A stretch of 64,000 nucleotides of DNA. It comes from Nanobdellota archaeon (GTDB taxonomy: Archaea > Nanobdellota > Nanobdellia > Parvarchaeales > Parvarchaeaceae). A model generated the notes under the pieces. The model was not told the origin of the DNA. It saw only the letters and a list, made by a program, of their open reading frames with translations, and made no database searches. The position numbers and the translations under genes were made by a program. The stretch lies in NCBI GenBank assembly GCA_021817165.1, contig JAKAVT010000001.1:4343-68342 (forward strand), read 5' to 3'. The number at the start of each line of letters is the position of its first letter. Position 1 is the first letter of the stretch. Shown here piece after piece: positions 11,039 through 20,532 of this stretch.

Positions 11039-12792
11039 TTGCTCCTTAATAGATCAATAATTGAATTTACAAAAGTAGCATGTACAAACCCTTGCGGGAA
11101 ATTGCCTGTGAACACCTTATTATGCACATCTATGTCCTCACCGATTAGATTATTCGGTCCGACTATGCTTTTCACGTTTTTAAGCAGCTGCAAGGCTTCA
11201 TTTTTCCTTTTCAACCGCGAATAAACGGAAGCTAGCCACATTGAGCAGAGGACAAAAGCATGGTTAGCTTTTCCAAGCGAATCGAAATTGTACCTGTAAA
11301 CAAATCCTTTTACAAGCAGAGTTTTTTCAACTAACTTAAGGGTTTTGATAAAAATGGGGTCGTTAACATTGATAAAGCCATAAAGTGGAAATGACAGGAT
11401 CGTAGAATCTACTTCGCTGCCTTTTGAAAAAGTCACAAAGTAGCCGTCTTTTACGCAATTCGACATAACCCAATTATTTATTTCATTTCTTGTTTCCTTC
11501 CAGCGGTCTATCCCGCCTATCTCTGAAATCAGCTTTCCCGCGCTTTCCAAGGCCACCCATATCATGACTTTCGAATGCGTGTATTCATGGTCCTCTGGCT
11601 TTTCCCATATACCGGAATCGGCAAGCTGCCAGTTATCGGATAGCCAATCCGCTATGTATTCTATGGCCTTTGAATGATTCTGTATAAACTCCTTATCCTT
11701 TGTAGAATCAAAATAACTGTTTACGGCGTATAGGAATTCTCCTTCTATGTCAAGTTGTATCTGGTTGGTAGCACGATTCCCTATCCTTACGGGTTTTGAA
11801 TTCAGGAACCCGCTTAAAGAATCGATATATCTTTCACCGTATATTTTTGTACCATCTACTTTGTAAAGGTTATAAAGCGGCTTGCCTGAATAATCTATCA
11901 TGCTAAACAAGAATTCGAGGACCCTTCTGCCTTCTATGTCTAAGCCTGAGCTACAAAGAGCAGATGCCATTATTGCAGAGTCTCTCACCCAAACATACCT
12001 GTAATCCCAGTTTCTATTGCCACCGGGATCTTCTGGCAAAGAAGCAGTAGGTGCAGCTATTATACTGCCCGTGGGTGAATATGTAAGTCCTAGTATGGTA
12101 AAAATAGATGACCTTAAAAGTTGTTCGAATTCCTCTAATTCAGTCTTTGCTAGACTTAATTTTATTCTTTCTGTGTACGCTCCCCAGTAATTTATAGTTG
12201 AATCCAGTGCTTTTGACATGTTAGACGAAGATACGTTTTTCCCTTCCAATTCATAGATTTCTGCGGATTGATAATAAGACAGCATTACCTGGCTTAAGCC
12301 CTTCTCTATTTCCCATGTAAAATCTCCGGTTTTTTTGTATTCACCAATTATCTCTAAAACCAGTCTTCCTTTTCCGTTTTTACTATCAAACATGATTTTG
12401 CCGTCGTTCTCGGAATAATTGAAATTCATAGTATGAAAACCGAACAAAGGATTAAAGTTAAGCTGCATTTTGATCTCTGAATTTATGTCCCTTACAAGTA
12501 TAGTTTTGCCAGGTATCAAAAAATCATTTATGTCCGCATTTCCTTCCGCTGTTTTAAAATTGGTATGCAAAACGTTTGGTGCAGTGTACTTATGCAAAGA
12601 TGAAAACTGCGCTGTTGGGCTTATTCTGAAAATTCCCCCGTTATTCTCATCCAACAGACCGGCAATAAACGGATCCGAATCGAACCTCGGAAAGCAAAGC
12701 CATAGTACGTTACCATTCTTGTCTATCAAGGAACCTGTTAATTGATTGCTTATGAATCCAATGTCCTTGAAGTCTGCAAAAGTCAACGTCAT
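11035..12792 (-). CDS. Cytoplasmic GH15 family enzyme (glucoamylase/trehalase type)
   Basis: YRYVWVRDSA motif and a length typical of archaeal GH15. There is no signal peptide. Confidence 0.75.
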   Translation of the reverse strand: MTLTFADFKDIGFISNQLTGSLIDKNGNVLWLCFPRFDSDPFIAGLLDENNGGIFRISPTAQFSSLHKYTAPNVLHTNFKTAEGNADINDFLIPGKTILVRDINSEIKMQLNFNPLFGFHTMNFNYSENDGKIMFDSKNGKGRLVLEIIGEYKKTGDFTWEIEKGLSQVMLSYYQSAEIYELEGKNVSSSNMSKALDSTINYWGAYTERIKLSLAKTELEEFEQLLRSSIFTILGLTYSPTGSIIAAPTASLPEDPGGNRNWDYRYVWVRDSAIMASALCSSGLDIEGRRVLEFLFSMIDYSGKPLYNLYKVDGTKIYGERYIDSLSGFLNSKPVRIGNRATNQIQLDIEGEFLYAVNSYFDSTKDKEFIQNHSKAIEYIADWLSDNWQLADSGIWEKPEDHEYTHSKVMIWVALESAGKLISEIGGIDRWKETRNEINNWVMSNCVKDGYFVTFSKGSEVDSTILSFPLYGFINVNDPIFIKTLKLVEKTLLVKGFVYRYNFDSLGKANHAFVLCSMWLASVYSRLKRKNEALQLLKNVKSIVGPNNLIGEDIDVHNKVFTGNFPQGFVHATFVNSIIDLLRSN

Positions 12793-12871
12793 CTGTATTA
12801 ATAAAAGCTCTTAGGATATTAAACTTTTTAGAAGTAGCTGTTTATATTTTAAAAAAATTACAGTATGTTAT

Positions 12872-13891
12872 ATGAAAACAAAAGCAGCCTTTCTTGAAAA
12901 ACCTGGAAAGATAGAAAAAAATCCTTTGAAGATAACTGAATTGGAATTGCCTGAATTAAAGGAAAATGAAGTATTGATAAAAGTAAGTGCGTGCGGTGTA
13001 TGCAGAACGGATTTACATGTAATTGAAGGAGAGCTTGGAAAAGTAAATGGCATAGTTCCTGGGCATGAGGTAGTAGGCACTATTGAAAAGGCCGGCAGCG
13101 AAGTTAAGAACCAAAAAATCGGCAATAAAGTAGGGGTTGCCTGGCTGTACAGCTCATGCGGAAGCTGCGAATACTGCCTCAGCGGCAGGGAAAATCTATG
13201 CCAAAACAAACAGTTTACTGGCTTTTCTAAGAACGGAGGTTACTCCGAATACATTATAGCCGATAATAGATTTATATTTAATCTGCCTGTCGGATTAAAG
13301 GATGAAGAAATTGCTCCATTGCTCTGTTCCGGAGCAATAGGTTACCGTTCTTTCAAATTAGCAAATGCTTCCCCTGGGAGCAACATTGCACTGTTCGGAT
13401 TCGGCGGTTCGGCGCACTTAACATTACAACTTGCAAAGAAATTTGGACACAAAGTTATAATAGTAAGCAGAGATGAAAACCACCTCAAGCTTGCCAGCGA
13501 GCTTGGAGCTGATTTCACTTTTTCGCCTAAAAACGGAGATGTATACGAAAATTTAAAGGATAAAGACATAGAAGCCGCAATAATTTTTGCACCTTCAGCT
13601 ATACCTATAATGAATGCCTTAAAAATAATAAAACCGGGTGGAAGGGTAGTTGTTGCTGGAATACACGTAGACGGAGAAATAAAGATTGATTATGACCTGC
13701 AGTTGTTCCATGAAAAGACACTGCTTTCCGTTGAATCCTACACAAGAGAAGACATGTTAGAATATTTGAGACTTGCCACAAATCTAGGCATAAAACCGGT
13801 ATATACTGATATAAAGTTGGAAGAGATAAACTCCGCATTGACTGACCTCAAAAACAGCGAAGTGCTGGGCGTAAAAGTAATAAAATTTTAG
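12872..13891 (+). CDS. Zinc-dependent alcohol dehydrogenase (MDR family)
   Basis: CGVCRTDLH, GHEVVG, structural-zinc Cys cluster CGSCEYC, and the FGFGGSA nucleotide fold. Confidence 0.85.
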   Translation: MKTKAAFLEKPGKIEKNPLKITELELPELKENEVLIKVSACGVCRTDLHVIEGELGKVNGIVPGHEVVGTIEKAGSEVKNQKIGNKVGVAWLYSSCGSCEYCLSGRENLCQNKQFTGFSKNGGYSEYIIADNRFIFNLPVGLKDEEIAPLLCSGAIGYRSFKLANASPGSNIALFGFGGSAHLTLQLAKKFGHKVIIVSRDENHLKLASELGADFTFSPKNGDVYENLKDKDIEAAIIFAPSAIPIMNALKIIKPGGRVVVAGIHVDGEIKIDYDLQLFHEKTLLSVESYTREDMLEYLRLATNLGIKPVYTDIKLEEINSALTDLKNSEVLGVKVIKF

Positions 13892-13922
13892 ATATTTAAA
13901 CTGGAAAGCTTTTAATAATAAG

Positions 13923-14240
13923 ATGATGGATTCAAATAGGAAAACGTATAGATTAGATGAGATACTTGGAAAACCTATTGTAATGTCCTCTGATAAAAAA
14001 ACCCTGATTTATGGATTGAACGTTAAAGACAGAGAAGTTGCAATTTCTGCATATTCAGAAAGCGAGTCAAGAACGGGATACTTCCATAAAGTAGAAATAG
14101 AATACCTGCCTGCTTCAATGTATCTGATAAATGGAAGCTGCACGTGCGAATCCTTTCAATACTACGGTATGCCATGCAAGCACATGCTAAAGGTAAGAAA
14201 CGTATACATTAAAAACAGGAATAAATTCAGTAAAGACTAG
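13923..14240 (+). CDS. Small stand-alone SWIM zinc-finger protein
   Basis: CxC-x(n)-CxH signature CTCESFQYYGMPCKH. Confidence 0.6.
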   Translation: MMDSNRKTYRLDEILGKPIVMSSDKKTLIYGLNVKDREVAISAYSESESRTGYFHKVEIEYLPASMYLINGSCTCESFQYYGMPCKHMLKVRNVYIKNRNKFSKD

Positions 14241-14718
14241 AAAAAACTTCCTTAGGTATGAGTTCCTTTATTTCTTTCTTTTCTATGTCTTCTCTCATTA
14301 AATCCTTTGCGTTGTTCTCATTCAATTTTTCAATGGAAAGCAGTTTATCTATGAATTCTATCCCTTTAGAATGCTTATAGCTTAGATCTATGAAATTGAC
14401 GTAAAATGAAAGGTATTCTTTTCCGAAAACGTCCAAGATATTCATAACTTTTCCTTTATCCGTGGAGAAAAACTTGTTTGACAGATAGGACACTGTATCA
14501 GTATAATAATATTGACTGATGGTCTTTACAACCTTTTCGTAAAACAATTTTCTATACGGTCTTTCTAGATTTCTGCCGTAAACCGCTATATCATCTGCTA
14601 ACTTGTCGGCGGTAAGGCCGAATTTCGAAAGCTCGTTTTCCAATGCAGAAACCCTTGAATTAGTCATTCCTGATTTAGAAAGCTCATTTCTGAAAAGAGA
14701 TTTTATTTTATCTTCCAT
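14227..14718 (-). CDS. Hypothetical protein
   Basis: Long ORF with non-repetitive composition and no motif recognised. Confidence 0.5.
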   Translation of the reverse strand: MEDKIKSLFRNELSKSGMTNSRVSALENELSKFGLTADKLADDIAVYGRNLERPYRKLFYEKVVKTISQYYYTDTVSYLSNKFFSTDKGKVMNILDVFGKEYLSFYVNFIDLSYKHSKGIEFIDKLLSIEKLNENNAKDLMREDIEKKEIKELIPKEVFSSLY

Positions 14719-14845
14719 TTTTTTATATGAATAGAAGGTATATAAATACTTTTAATTGAATAAAACAGGGGACAAACTAAAAAATCTCTGCGATTACGAA
14801 AACTGTTTAGATTATTACATTAAATCAACTATATTAAATCAAAAT

Positions 14846-14914
14846 TCAATCAGAGCAGCCACAACTGCAACCACAGCCGCATCCGCATTTTTCTTCTTTT
14901 TCTTCTTCTGCCAT
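14846..14914 (-). CDS. Candidate 22-aa Cys-rich micro-protein MAEEEKEEKCGCGCGCSCGCSD
   Basis: I translated this by hand. It runs ATG to TGA, 30 nt downstream of the pyrG stop on the same strand, with a TATA-like element about 26 nt upstream of the ATG. It is not in the ORF track because it is too short. Confidence 0.35.
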   Translation of the reverse strand: MAEEEKEEKCGCGCGCSCGCSD

Positions 14915-14935
14915 AAGTTTAAAGCAATCTTTTGT

Positions 14936-14944
14936 TTTATATAA
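14936..14944 (-). promoter_or_regulatory. TATA-box-like element (TTATATAAA on minus strand) upstream of the Cys-rich micro-ORF
   Basis: It is centred about 26 nt upstream of the ATG at 14914, a spacing consistent with a leaderless archaeal transcript. AT-rich background makes this weak. Confidence 0.3.
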
Positions 14945-16549
14945 TTAACTGTTCTTCTTTGCAGCGTCAAGAAAAGACAAAAACAGCGGAGAGGGAGATT
15001 CTATTCTTGATTTTAACTCGGGATGCGCTTGCGTAGCAATACCAAAACCGCTTGGCCACTCAATTATCTCCACCAATTTGCTGTCTTTTGTTGTTGCCGT
15101 TATCCTCAACCCATTCTTTTCAAGAATTTTCCTAAATTTGTTGTTAAGCTCGTACCTGTGCCTGTGCCTTTCCGACACGATATTCTTATGATAAGAAGAA
15201 AACGCTATCGAATCCTTGTTTTTTATGACCATGTCCCACGCACCGAGTCGCATTGTTCCGCCTTTCTGCTTTACTGAAAGCTGTGAAGGCAATATATCTA
15301 TTATTTTGTATTTTGTGCCAGGATCGAATTCCGTTGAATTAGCACCATCTAAATTGCACACGTCTCTTGCAAATTCTACGGCCATGAGCTGCATGCCCAA
15401 GCACAATCCTAAGTAAGGTATGCCTTTTTCCCTAGCATACTTTATTGCGTTTATCATGCCTTCTATTCCTCTTTTCCCAAAACCACCAGGAACTACCAGA
15501 CCGTTAACTCCTTTTAATACGCTTTCAGGATCTGACTTCTCCAGTAATTCGGATTCTATCCATTTCACGTTAAGATTAACCGATAGCTTGCCGGCAGCAT
15601 GCATCAATGCTTCTCTAACGCTTACATAAGAATCCCTTAATTCGACGTATTTGCCAACAACGGCGATTGTTGTGCTCTTTCCTGTTTTGCTTACTATCTT
15701 GTCAACGTCATCTTTCCATGTACGAAGTTTCTCGCTGTTTATCTTCCTTTTTGGAACGTTAAAGGAGTCCAAAAGTATTCTGTCAAAATTCTGATTTATA
15801 AGATACTGCGGCAGTTGGTAAGGTGAGTCCATATCTGGATCGTTTATCACCCTGCTTTCGTGAAGACTTGTAAACATGGCAAGTTTCTTTTTAATGCTAT
15901 CGCTCATTTCCCCGTCTGTTCTGCATATAAGGAATTGTGGGATTATCCCCATTCCCATCAGGGTTCTAAATGCAGATTGTGTAGGTTTGCTTTTCTGCTC
16001 CCCCACCGTTTTTAATCTCGGTACGTAGGTAACATCAACGAAGACTACTTCTTCCTTAAGTGAAAGCTGTCTCATGGCCTCTATGAAATAGCCATTTTCA
16101 ATATCTCCTACAGTTCCGCCAACTTCTATTACTACAAAATCCAGATTGTTTTTGGCTGCAAATCCCTTTACTTTTTCCTGTATCTCATTTGTAAGGTGCG
16201 GTATGACCTGCACGTCCTCACCCAGATATTCTCCGCGTCTTTCTTTTTCTATTATCCCGCCGAAAAGCTTTCCCCCTGTTATGGAAGAACTACTGGTAAG
16301 ACTGCGATTAAGGAACCTTTCGTATGTACCGAAGTCCATGTCTACTTCTCCTTTATCGTCTAGTACAAAAACTTCACCATGCCTGTAGGGGTTCATTGTA
16401 CCGCAATCATAGTTTAGATAACCGTCGAATTTTATGGGAAGAACCTTGAAATCATACATGTCCAATATCTTCATTATAGAAGAGGATACGACTCCCTTAC
16501 CTAAGCCGCTCATTATCGATCCGAGCACTACTATGAACTTTGCTGGCAT
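14945..16549 (-). CDS. pyrG: CTP synthase
   Basis: N-terminal synthetase domain (GSIMSGLGKG) and a C-terminal glutamine amidotransferase domain with GLCLGMQ. Confidence 0.95.
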   Translation of the reverse strand: MPAKFIVVLGSIMSGLGKGVVSSSIMKILDMYDFKVLPIKFDGYLNYDCGTMNPYRHGEVFVLDDKGEVDMDFGTYERFLNRSLTSSSSITGGKLFGGIIEKERRGEYLGEDVQVIPHLTNEIQEKVKGFAAKNNLDFVVIEVGGTVGDIENGYFIEAMRQLSLKEEVVFVDVTYVPRLKTVGEQKSKPTQSAFRTLMGMGIIPQFLICRTDGEMSDSIKKKLAMFTSLHESRVINDPDMDSPYQLPQYLINQNFDRILLDSFNVPKRKINSEKLRTWKDDVDKIVSKTGKSTTIAVVGKYVELRDSYVSVREALMHAAGKLSVNLNVKWIESELLEKSDPESVLKGVNGLVVPGGFGKRGIEGMINAIKYAREKGIPYLGLCLGMQLMAVEFARDVCNLDGANSTEFDPGTKYKIIDILPSQLSVKQKGGTMRLGAWDMVIKNKDSIAFSSYHKNIVSERHRHRYELNNKFRKILEKNGLRITATTKDSKLVEIIEWPSGFGIATQAHPELKSRIESPSPLFLSFLDAAKKNS

Positions 16550-16613
16550 TTAATTTAACCCATTTTGAGCTTTTATATTTTTCCCTGCTAATTCTACATT
16601 TAAAGTAAAAAAA

Positions 16614-17249
16614 TCAGATGAATCCAAGCCAAAGAAGCAGTATGCCTATAAATTCAGAGTAATACAAAAACGCGGGAAAATGCGCAATATACAGTGAACC
16701 TGCTATGCTTACTATCAAAACACCTGCGATTATTGACAGCATCTTCTTGCTAGAAGTTTTCCTGTACGATAAGACTGCTACGAGTATAAGCATTGCTGCC
16801 GCAGGAAACGTCATTACTGACGAGGAAATCACCACCAACAGCGGCAATACCCCGAATACTACGTAATTTGTAAGCACATTTCCTATGTTAGATATTACTA
16901 GCGAGTATGCGATAAATATAGCTGACAAAATAAAGAATATGCTGTAATAATTAAAAATGCTTTTGTTCTTAAGCAATGCCGTGGAACCAAGAGCGAGAAA
17001 GCTTACCAAGAAGGCTACTGCAGCAAGATAAGACTTTATCAAAAAGGCGTTGTATATGTCAAAGGAGAAAAGAACTTCTAATAAAACGCCGATTCCAAAC
17101 AGCCAAAGCCCTATTGACCAATAAAGCTGGCTTTTTCCCTTCTTTTTCAGAAACTTATACGTCATTAATGCCGCCAAAGGCACTGTTAAGAGGAATATCA
17201 AAATGGTTGAGAACTCAATGAAAAGCTCACTTGAAAATATGTTTGACAT
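16614..17249 (-). CDS. Integral membrane protein, unknown function
   Basis: About 6 hydrophobic segments. Confidence 0.6.
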   Translation of the reverse strand: MSNIFSSELFIEFSTILIFLLTVPLAALMTYKFLKKKGKSQLYWSIGLWLFGIGVLLEVLFSFDIYNAFLIKSYLAAVAFLVSFLALGSTALLKNKSIFNYYSIFFILSAIFIAYSLVISNIGNVLTNYVVFGVLPLLVVISSSVMTFPAAAMLILVAVLSYRKTSSKKMLSIIAGVLIVSIAGSLYIAHFPAFLYYSEFIGILLLWLGFI

Positions 17250-17278
17250 TTCCTTTTATCGTTTTTATCGTATTTAAA

Positions 17279-18109
17279 TTATATGAAAAAAACAAGCGAT
17301 AAAACGACTGCTACAATGGCAATGAAGAGGTTATCATCAATTGGGCTGAATCTCTCTGCTAAGGAAAGGATAAACGCAAAAATAACGCCGAATAATCCGA
17401 AAAACACCAATCCTGGAATCAAAGAAGAGATAAAAAAGGCAGCGCTGCCGATAACTGATTTTCTGCCAGGCCTTTTAATTATTTTCAAGCCTGCTACAGT
17501 AGCTAGCGGATCGGAAATCAACAAAGAAAAAAGACTGAAAAAAAGAAAATCAAAGCGGTTTACGAATCCAAGCAATAAAACAGCAGCAGCTGCCATTGAT
17601 ATGGCCCCTGAACCGAATATCACACCGTCTCTTTCAAGCATGTTTACTAACTTCTTCATTTTCCTGCCGTATACGAATATGATGTGCGCCACTAGAATAC
17701 CAAGAAAAACCAATGCCAGCAGAACCTGTTTGTAAGAAAAGACAAGGATTGAAAGGAATACCCCTCCTATAACAATCTGAACCAAGTCCCTTCTTACTTC
17801 CAGTTTACTGCTTAAATTAACGGTTTTTATTGCTAACTTTTTTATAAGCAGTGATTGAATAATCATGCTTACAGAAATAATCTCAAAAGAGAATTTAATT
17901 GGGAATACGCCTGAAAACACCCCTATCAAAAGACCTGCAAGCACGAAGTAAAAATAATGCCTGCGGGAAGTATAAGTCAGCAGAAGCAGGGAAGAAAGCG
18001 CTGCAATGGGCAGAGCATAATAATATAGATGGATGTTATGGAACAAAAAGTAAACTAAATATGAGAACAAAAAAGAAAATGTAAACGTAAGTGTGTTGTT
18101 GGTTTTCAT
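17279..18109 (-). CDS. Integral membrane protein, possibly polyprenol/dolichol kinase or cytidylyltransferase family
   Basis: Multi-TM with GRKSVIGSAAFFISS, which resembles the K-[ST]-x-E/x-G-S motif of that family. The start is moved to the ATG at 18109 to avoid overlapping the ATPase gene. Confidence 0.4.
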   Translation of the reverse strand: MKTNNTLTFTFSFLFSYLVYFLFHNIHLYYYALPIAALSSLLLLTYTSRRHYFYFVLAGLLIGVFSGVFPIKFSFEIISVSMIIQSLLIKKLAIKTVNLSSKLEVRRDLVQIVIGGVFLSILVFSYKQVLLALVFLGILVAHIIFVYGRKMKKLVNMLERDGVIFGSGAISMAAAAVLLLGFVNRFDFLFFSLFSLLISDPLATVAGLKIIKRPGRKSVIGSAAFFISSLIPGLVFFGLFGVIFAFILSLAERFSPIDDNLFIAIVAVVLSLVFFI

Positions 18110-18113
18110 GGCA

Positions 18114-20531
18114 TTAAAGAAGGGAGAACTCCTTGTCTTTTTTGTAAGCGAATACCTTGACAACATCCGTTATTAAAAGGAAAACGACAGCAACAGCTCC
18201 TATTAGTAGTATATAGTATGCGCTTATGCTTGACATAAGTATTCCAAAATTTGCTATTATGAACGTTATTGCAATGGCCAGAACTATCTGCAGTATGACG
18301 GGTATGCTTGGCCTGGAATGGAAGAATCTTCTTCTGGATCTTATTGACAAAAGAAGCGCTTCTATCGAGAAGATAAACGCAACGAACATGAACGTTTCAA
18401 AGGAGATATGGCTTAGATGGAAATAAAACAGACCAAGATAGGCAAGCACAGAAACCTCTAGTATTGCCATTACTCCGAAAATGATAGACGCAAAGAATAT
18501 TGCTTTTATGTCCCATGCATCCGGTTTCTTTGAATAGCTTTCCTTGTCCGTAGACAGGGCTATGCTTCCTATGTCATTTATGAATATCATGAGGATAAGC
18601 TGTATTGCCCTTATCGGCAGGAATCTCAGTATTATAAATGCAATTGACAGGAAAAACGCTATCTGGAATATTCTTGTTACTTTGTTTAAGGTATAGCTTA
18701 TCATCCTTTCAAATATAGACCGGCTTTCCTTTACCGCATTCACTATCGGTTCTATCCCTGGAGAGGTTAAAACTATCGTTGCCGCGCTTTTTGCAACATC
18801 CGTAGCATTTGAAACCGCTATGCCCACTTCTGCTTGTTTCAAAGCAGGCGCATCGTTTACGCCGTCGCCTGTCATACCGACATGATAGCCCGAGTCTTGC
18901 AATGCCTTTACTATGGTGTATTTGTCCTTTGGAAACACTCCTGCGAAACCGTCATGCTCTATAACCAACCTTGAAAGTGTCTTTTCATCTAATCCTTCCA
19001 AAACCTTAACATCAAGTATTTTTTCTCCTATCCCAACCTCCTTAGCGATCTCCTTTGCAGTATCTATATTGTCCCCAGTCAGCATCTTTGTCCTTATCCC
19101 TAGCGCTTTAAGCTCCCCTATCAAAGTTTTACTGTCTTCCCTAGGTTTGTCGTTTAGCGGGATTATGCCAACAAATGACCATTCTTTCTTATCCGTTAAT
19201 TTTGCAGCAACGGCTATTGTACGATAGCCCTTTAACGACATTTCTTTTATCTTCGCATTTAATTTTTTAGTTTCCAAAGGATCTAAGGAGCATCTCTTCA
19301 TTACAATTGACGGGAAACCTTTTATGGCAGACATCTTCTTTCCGTTGAGTATGACGTCTGCCTGCGATATTTTCGTAGACGGGCTAAACGGAATAAATTT
19401 TACCAGCTTGTAATTTAACTCAAGGCTTTTTGTATCGTACTTTTTAAATCCATCTATGATCGCATTGTCTATTTCATCGTTGTCTTCTCTTCTTGAGGCA
19501 AGGGATCCGTAAAAAAGGACTTCCTGCGCGGAGAATTTGCCATAGCCAAACGGCTCTGAAGCTGAAAGCTGGTTGCTTGTTATTGTCCCTGTTTTATCAA
19601 GGCAGACTACGTTCATTGTGGATGCCTCTTCAATCGCTTCGAGTTTTGTAACAAGAATGTTCTTTGATGAAAGCCTTTCGGTTCCGTAGGCCATTGCAAC
19701 GGTAAATGCCGCCGGCAGCGCTACTGGAACGGATGCTAGAAGGATAAGCAGGGCAAATGGAACTATAGTAAGCAGATTTATACGGAAAAGAAACGAAGCC
19801 ATAAAAACCGCAGCAATTAGTGCAACGTCTACGTAGATAAGCAATTTAAGCAGCTTTAAAATGTCATTTTCTAAATGCATCTTGCCTCCTGCTATCTTTA
19901 CAAGCTCTGCGGTTTTTCCGAAAGAAGTGTTATTTCCGGTCTTTAAAACAATGGCGGTCGCTTCTCCTTCTCTTACGGTTGAGGATGAAAAGATAGTGTC
20001 TCCCTCCTCTCTGTCAACGGGCAGTGACTCTCCGGTTAGCATTGACTGATCAACTGAAAGATAGTCTCCCTCTATTATAAGGCAGTCTGCAGGCACTATG
20101 TCTCCGAGTCTTATTCTGATTACATCTCCCGGCACGAGCATTTTAGCCGGCATCTTCTTCCATTGATTGTCTCGTTGTACGTTAACATTTACTGAAAGTT
20201 TGTTCTTCAACAGTTCTAGGGTATTGTCTGCCTTGAATTCCTCGAGAAAACCTGCTATTCCATTAAATAAAAGAAGACCTATCACTATGTATGCGTCTAC
20301 GTCTTTTCCAAGAAAGAATGATATTGCTATTACAATTAAAAGCATGAGCGGTATTGGGCCCCAGAATTTTGAAAGAAATTTTCTTATCGGGCTGACTTTT
20401 TTGCCGGTTATTTCGTTGTAGCCATACTTTTCAAGCCGCTCGGAGGCTTCCTTTTCGGAAAGACCGTTTTTGCTAGAGGATAATTTTCTAAATTCTTCTT
20501 CCTTGTTTATTTTTTCCGATGTTCTGGCCAT
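18114..20531 (-). CDS. P-type ATPase, plasma-membrane H+-ATPase-like (P3A-like)
   Basis: TGES, phosphorylation site CLDKTGTIT, and hinge MTGDGVNDAPALKQAEVGIAV. The subtype is assigned by overall resemblance only. Confidence 0.9.
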   Translation of the reverse strand: MARTSEKINKEEEFRKLSSSKNGLSEKEASERLEKYGYNEITGKKVSPIRKFLSKFWGPIPLMLLIVIAISFFLGKDVDAYIVIGLLLFNGIAGFLEEFKADNTLELLKNKLSVNVNVQRDNQWKKMPAKMLVPGDVIRIRLGDIVPADCLIIEGDYLSVDQSMLTGESLPVDREEGDTIFSSSTVREGEATAIVLKTGNNTSFGKTAELVKIAGGKMHLENDILKLLKLLIYVDVALIAAVFMASFLFRINLLTIVPFALLILLASVPVALPAAFTVAMAYGTERLSSKNILVTKLEAIEEASTMNVVCLDKTGTITSNQLSASEPFGYGKFSAQEVLFYGSLASRREDNDEIDNAIIDGFKKYDTKSLELNYKLVKFIPFSPSTKISQADVILNGKKMSAIKGFPSIVMKRCSLDPLETKKLNAKIKEMSLKGYRTIAVAAKLTDKKEWSFVGIIPLNDKPREDSKTLIGELKALGIRTKMLTGDNIDTAKEIAKEVGIGEKILDVKVLEGLDEKTLSRLVIEHDGFAGVFPKDKYTIVKALQDSGYHVGMTGDGVNDAPALKQAEVGIAVSNATDVAKSAATIVLTSPGIEPIVNAVKESRSIFERMISYTLNKVTRIFQIAFFLSIAFIILRFLPIRAIQLILMIFINDIGSIALSTDKESYSKKPDAWDIKAIFFASIIFGVMAILEVSVLAYLGLFYFHLSHISFETFMFVAFIFSIEALLLSIRSRRRFFHSRPSIPVILQIVLAIAITFIIANFGILMSSISAYYILLIGAVAVVFLLITDVVKVFAYKKDKEFSLL

Positions 20532-20532
20532 A

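Noticed and set aside
14756-14944. 62-aa + strand ORF ending ...AATTATTAASAFFFFFFF
   Set aside because: The repetitive tail is the mirror image of the minus-strand Cys-rich micro-ORF and its Glu-rich leader. There is no promoter-like context, and it overlaps the pyrG 3' flank.
17283-17735. 150-aa + strand ORF
   Set aside because: It is antisense to a clearly hydrophobic multi-TM ORF. Its Lys/Asn-rich translation is typical of the reverse frame of membrane genes in AT-rich DNA.
18110-18166. 53-nt overlap between the membrane-protein ORF and the P-type ATPase 3' end
   Set aside because: An in-frame ATG at 18109 gives a start 5 nt after the ATPase stop, so the longer form is probably an over-extension.
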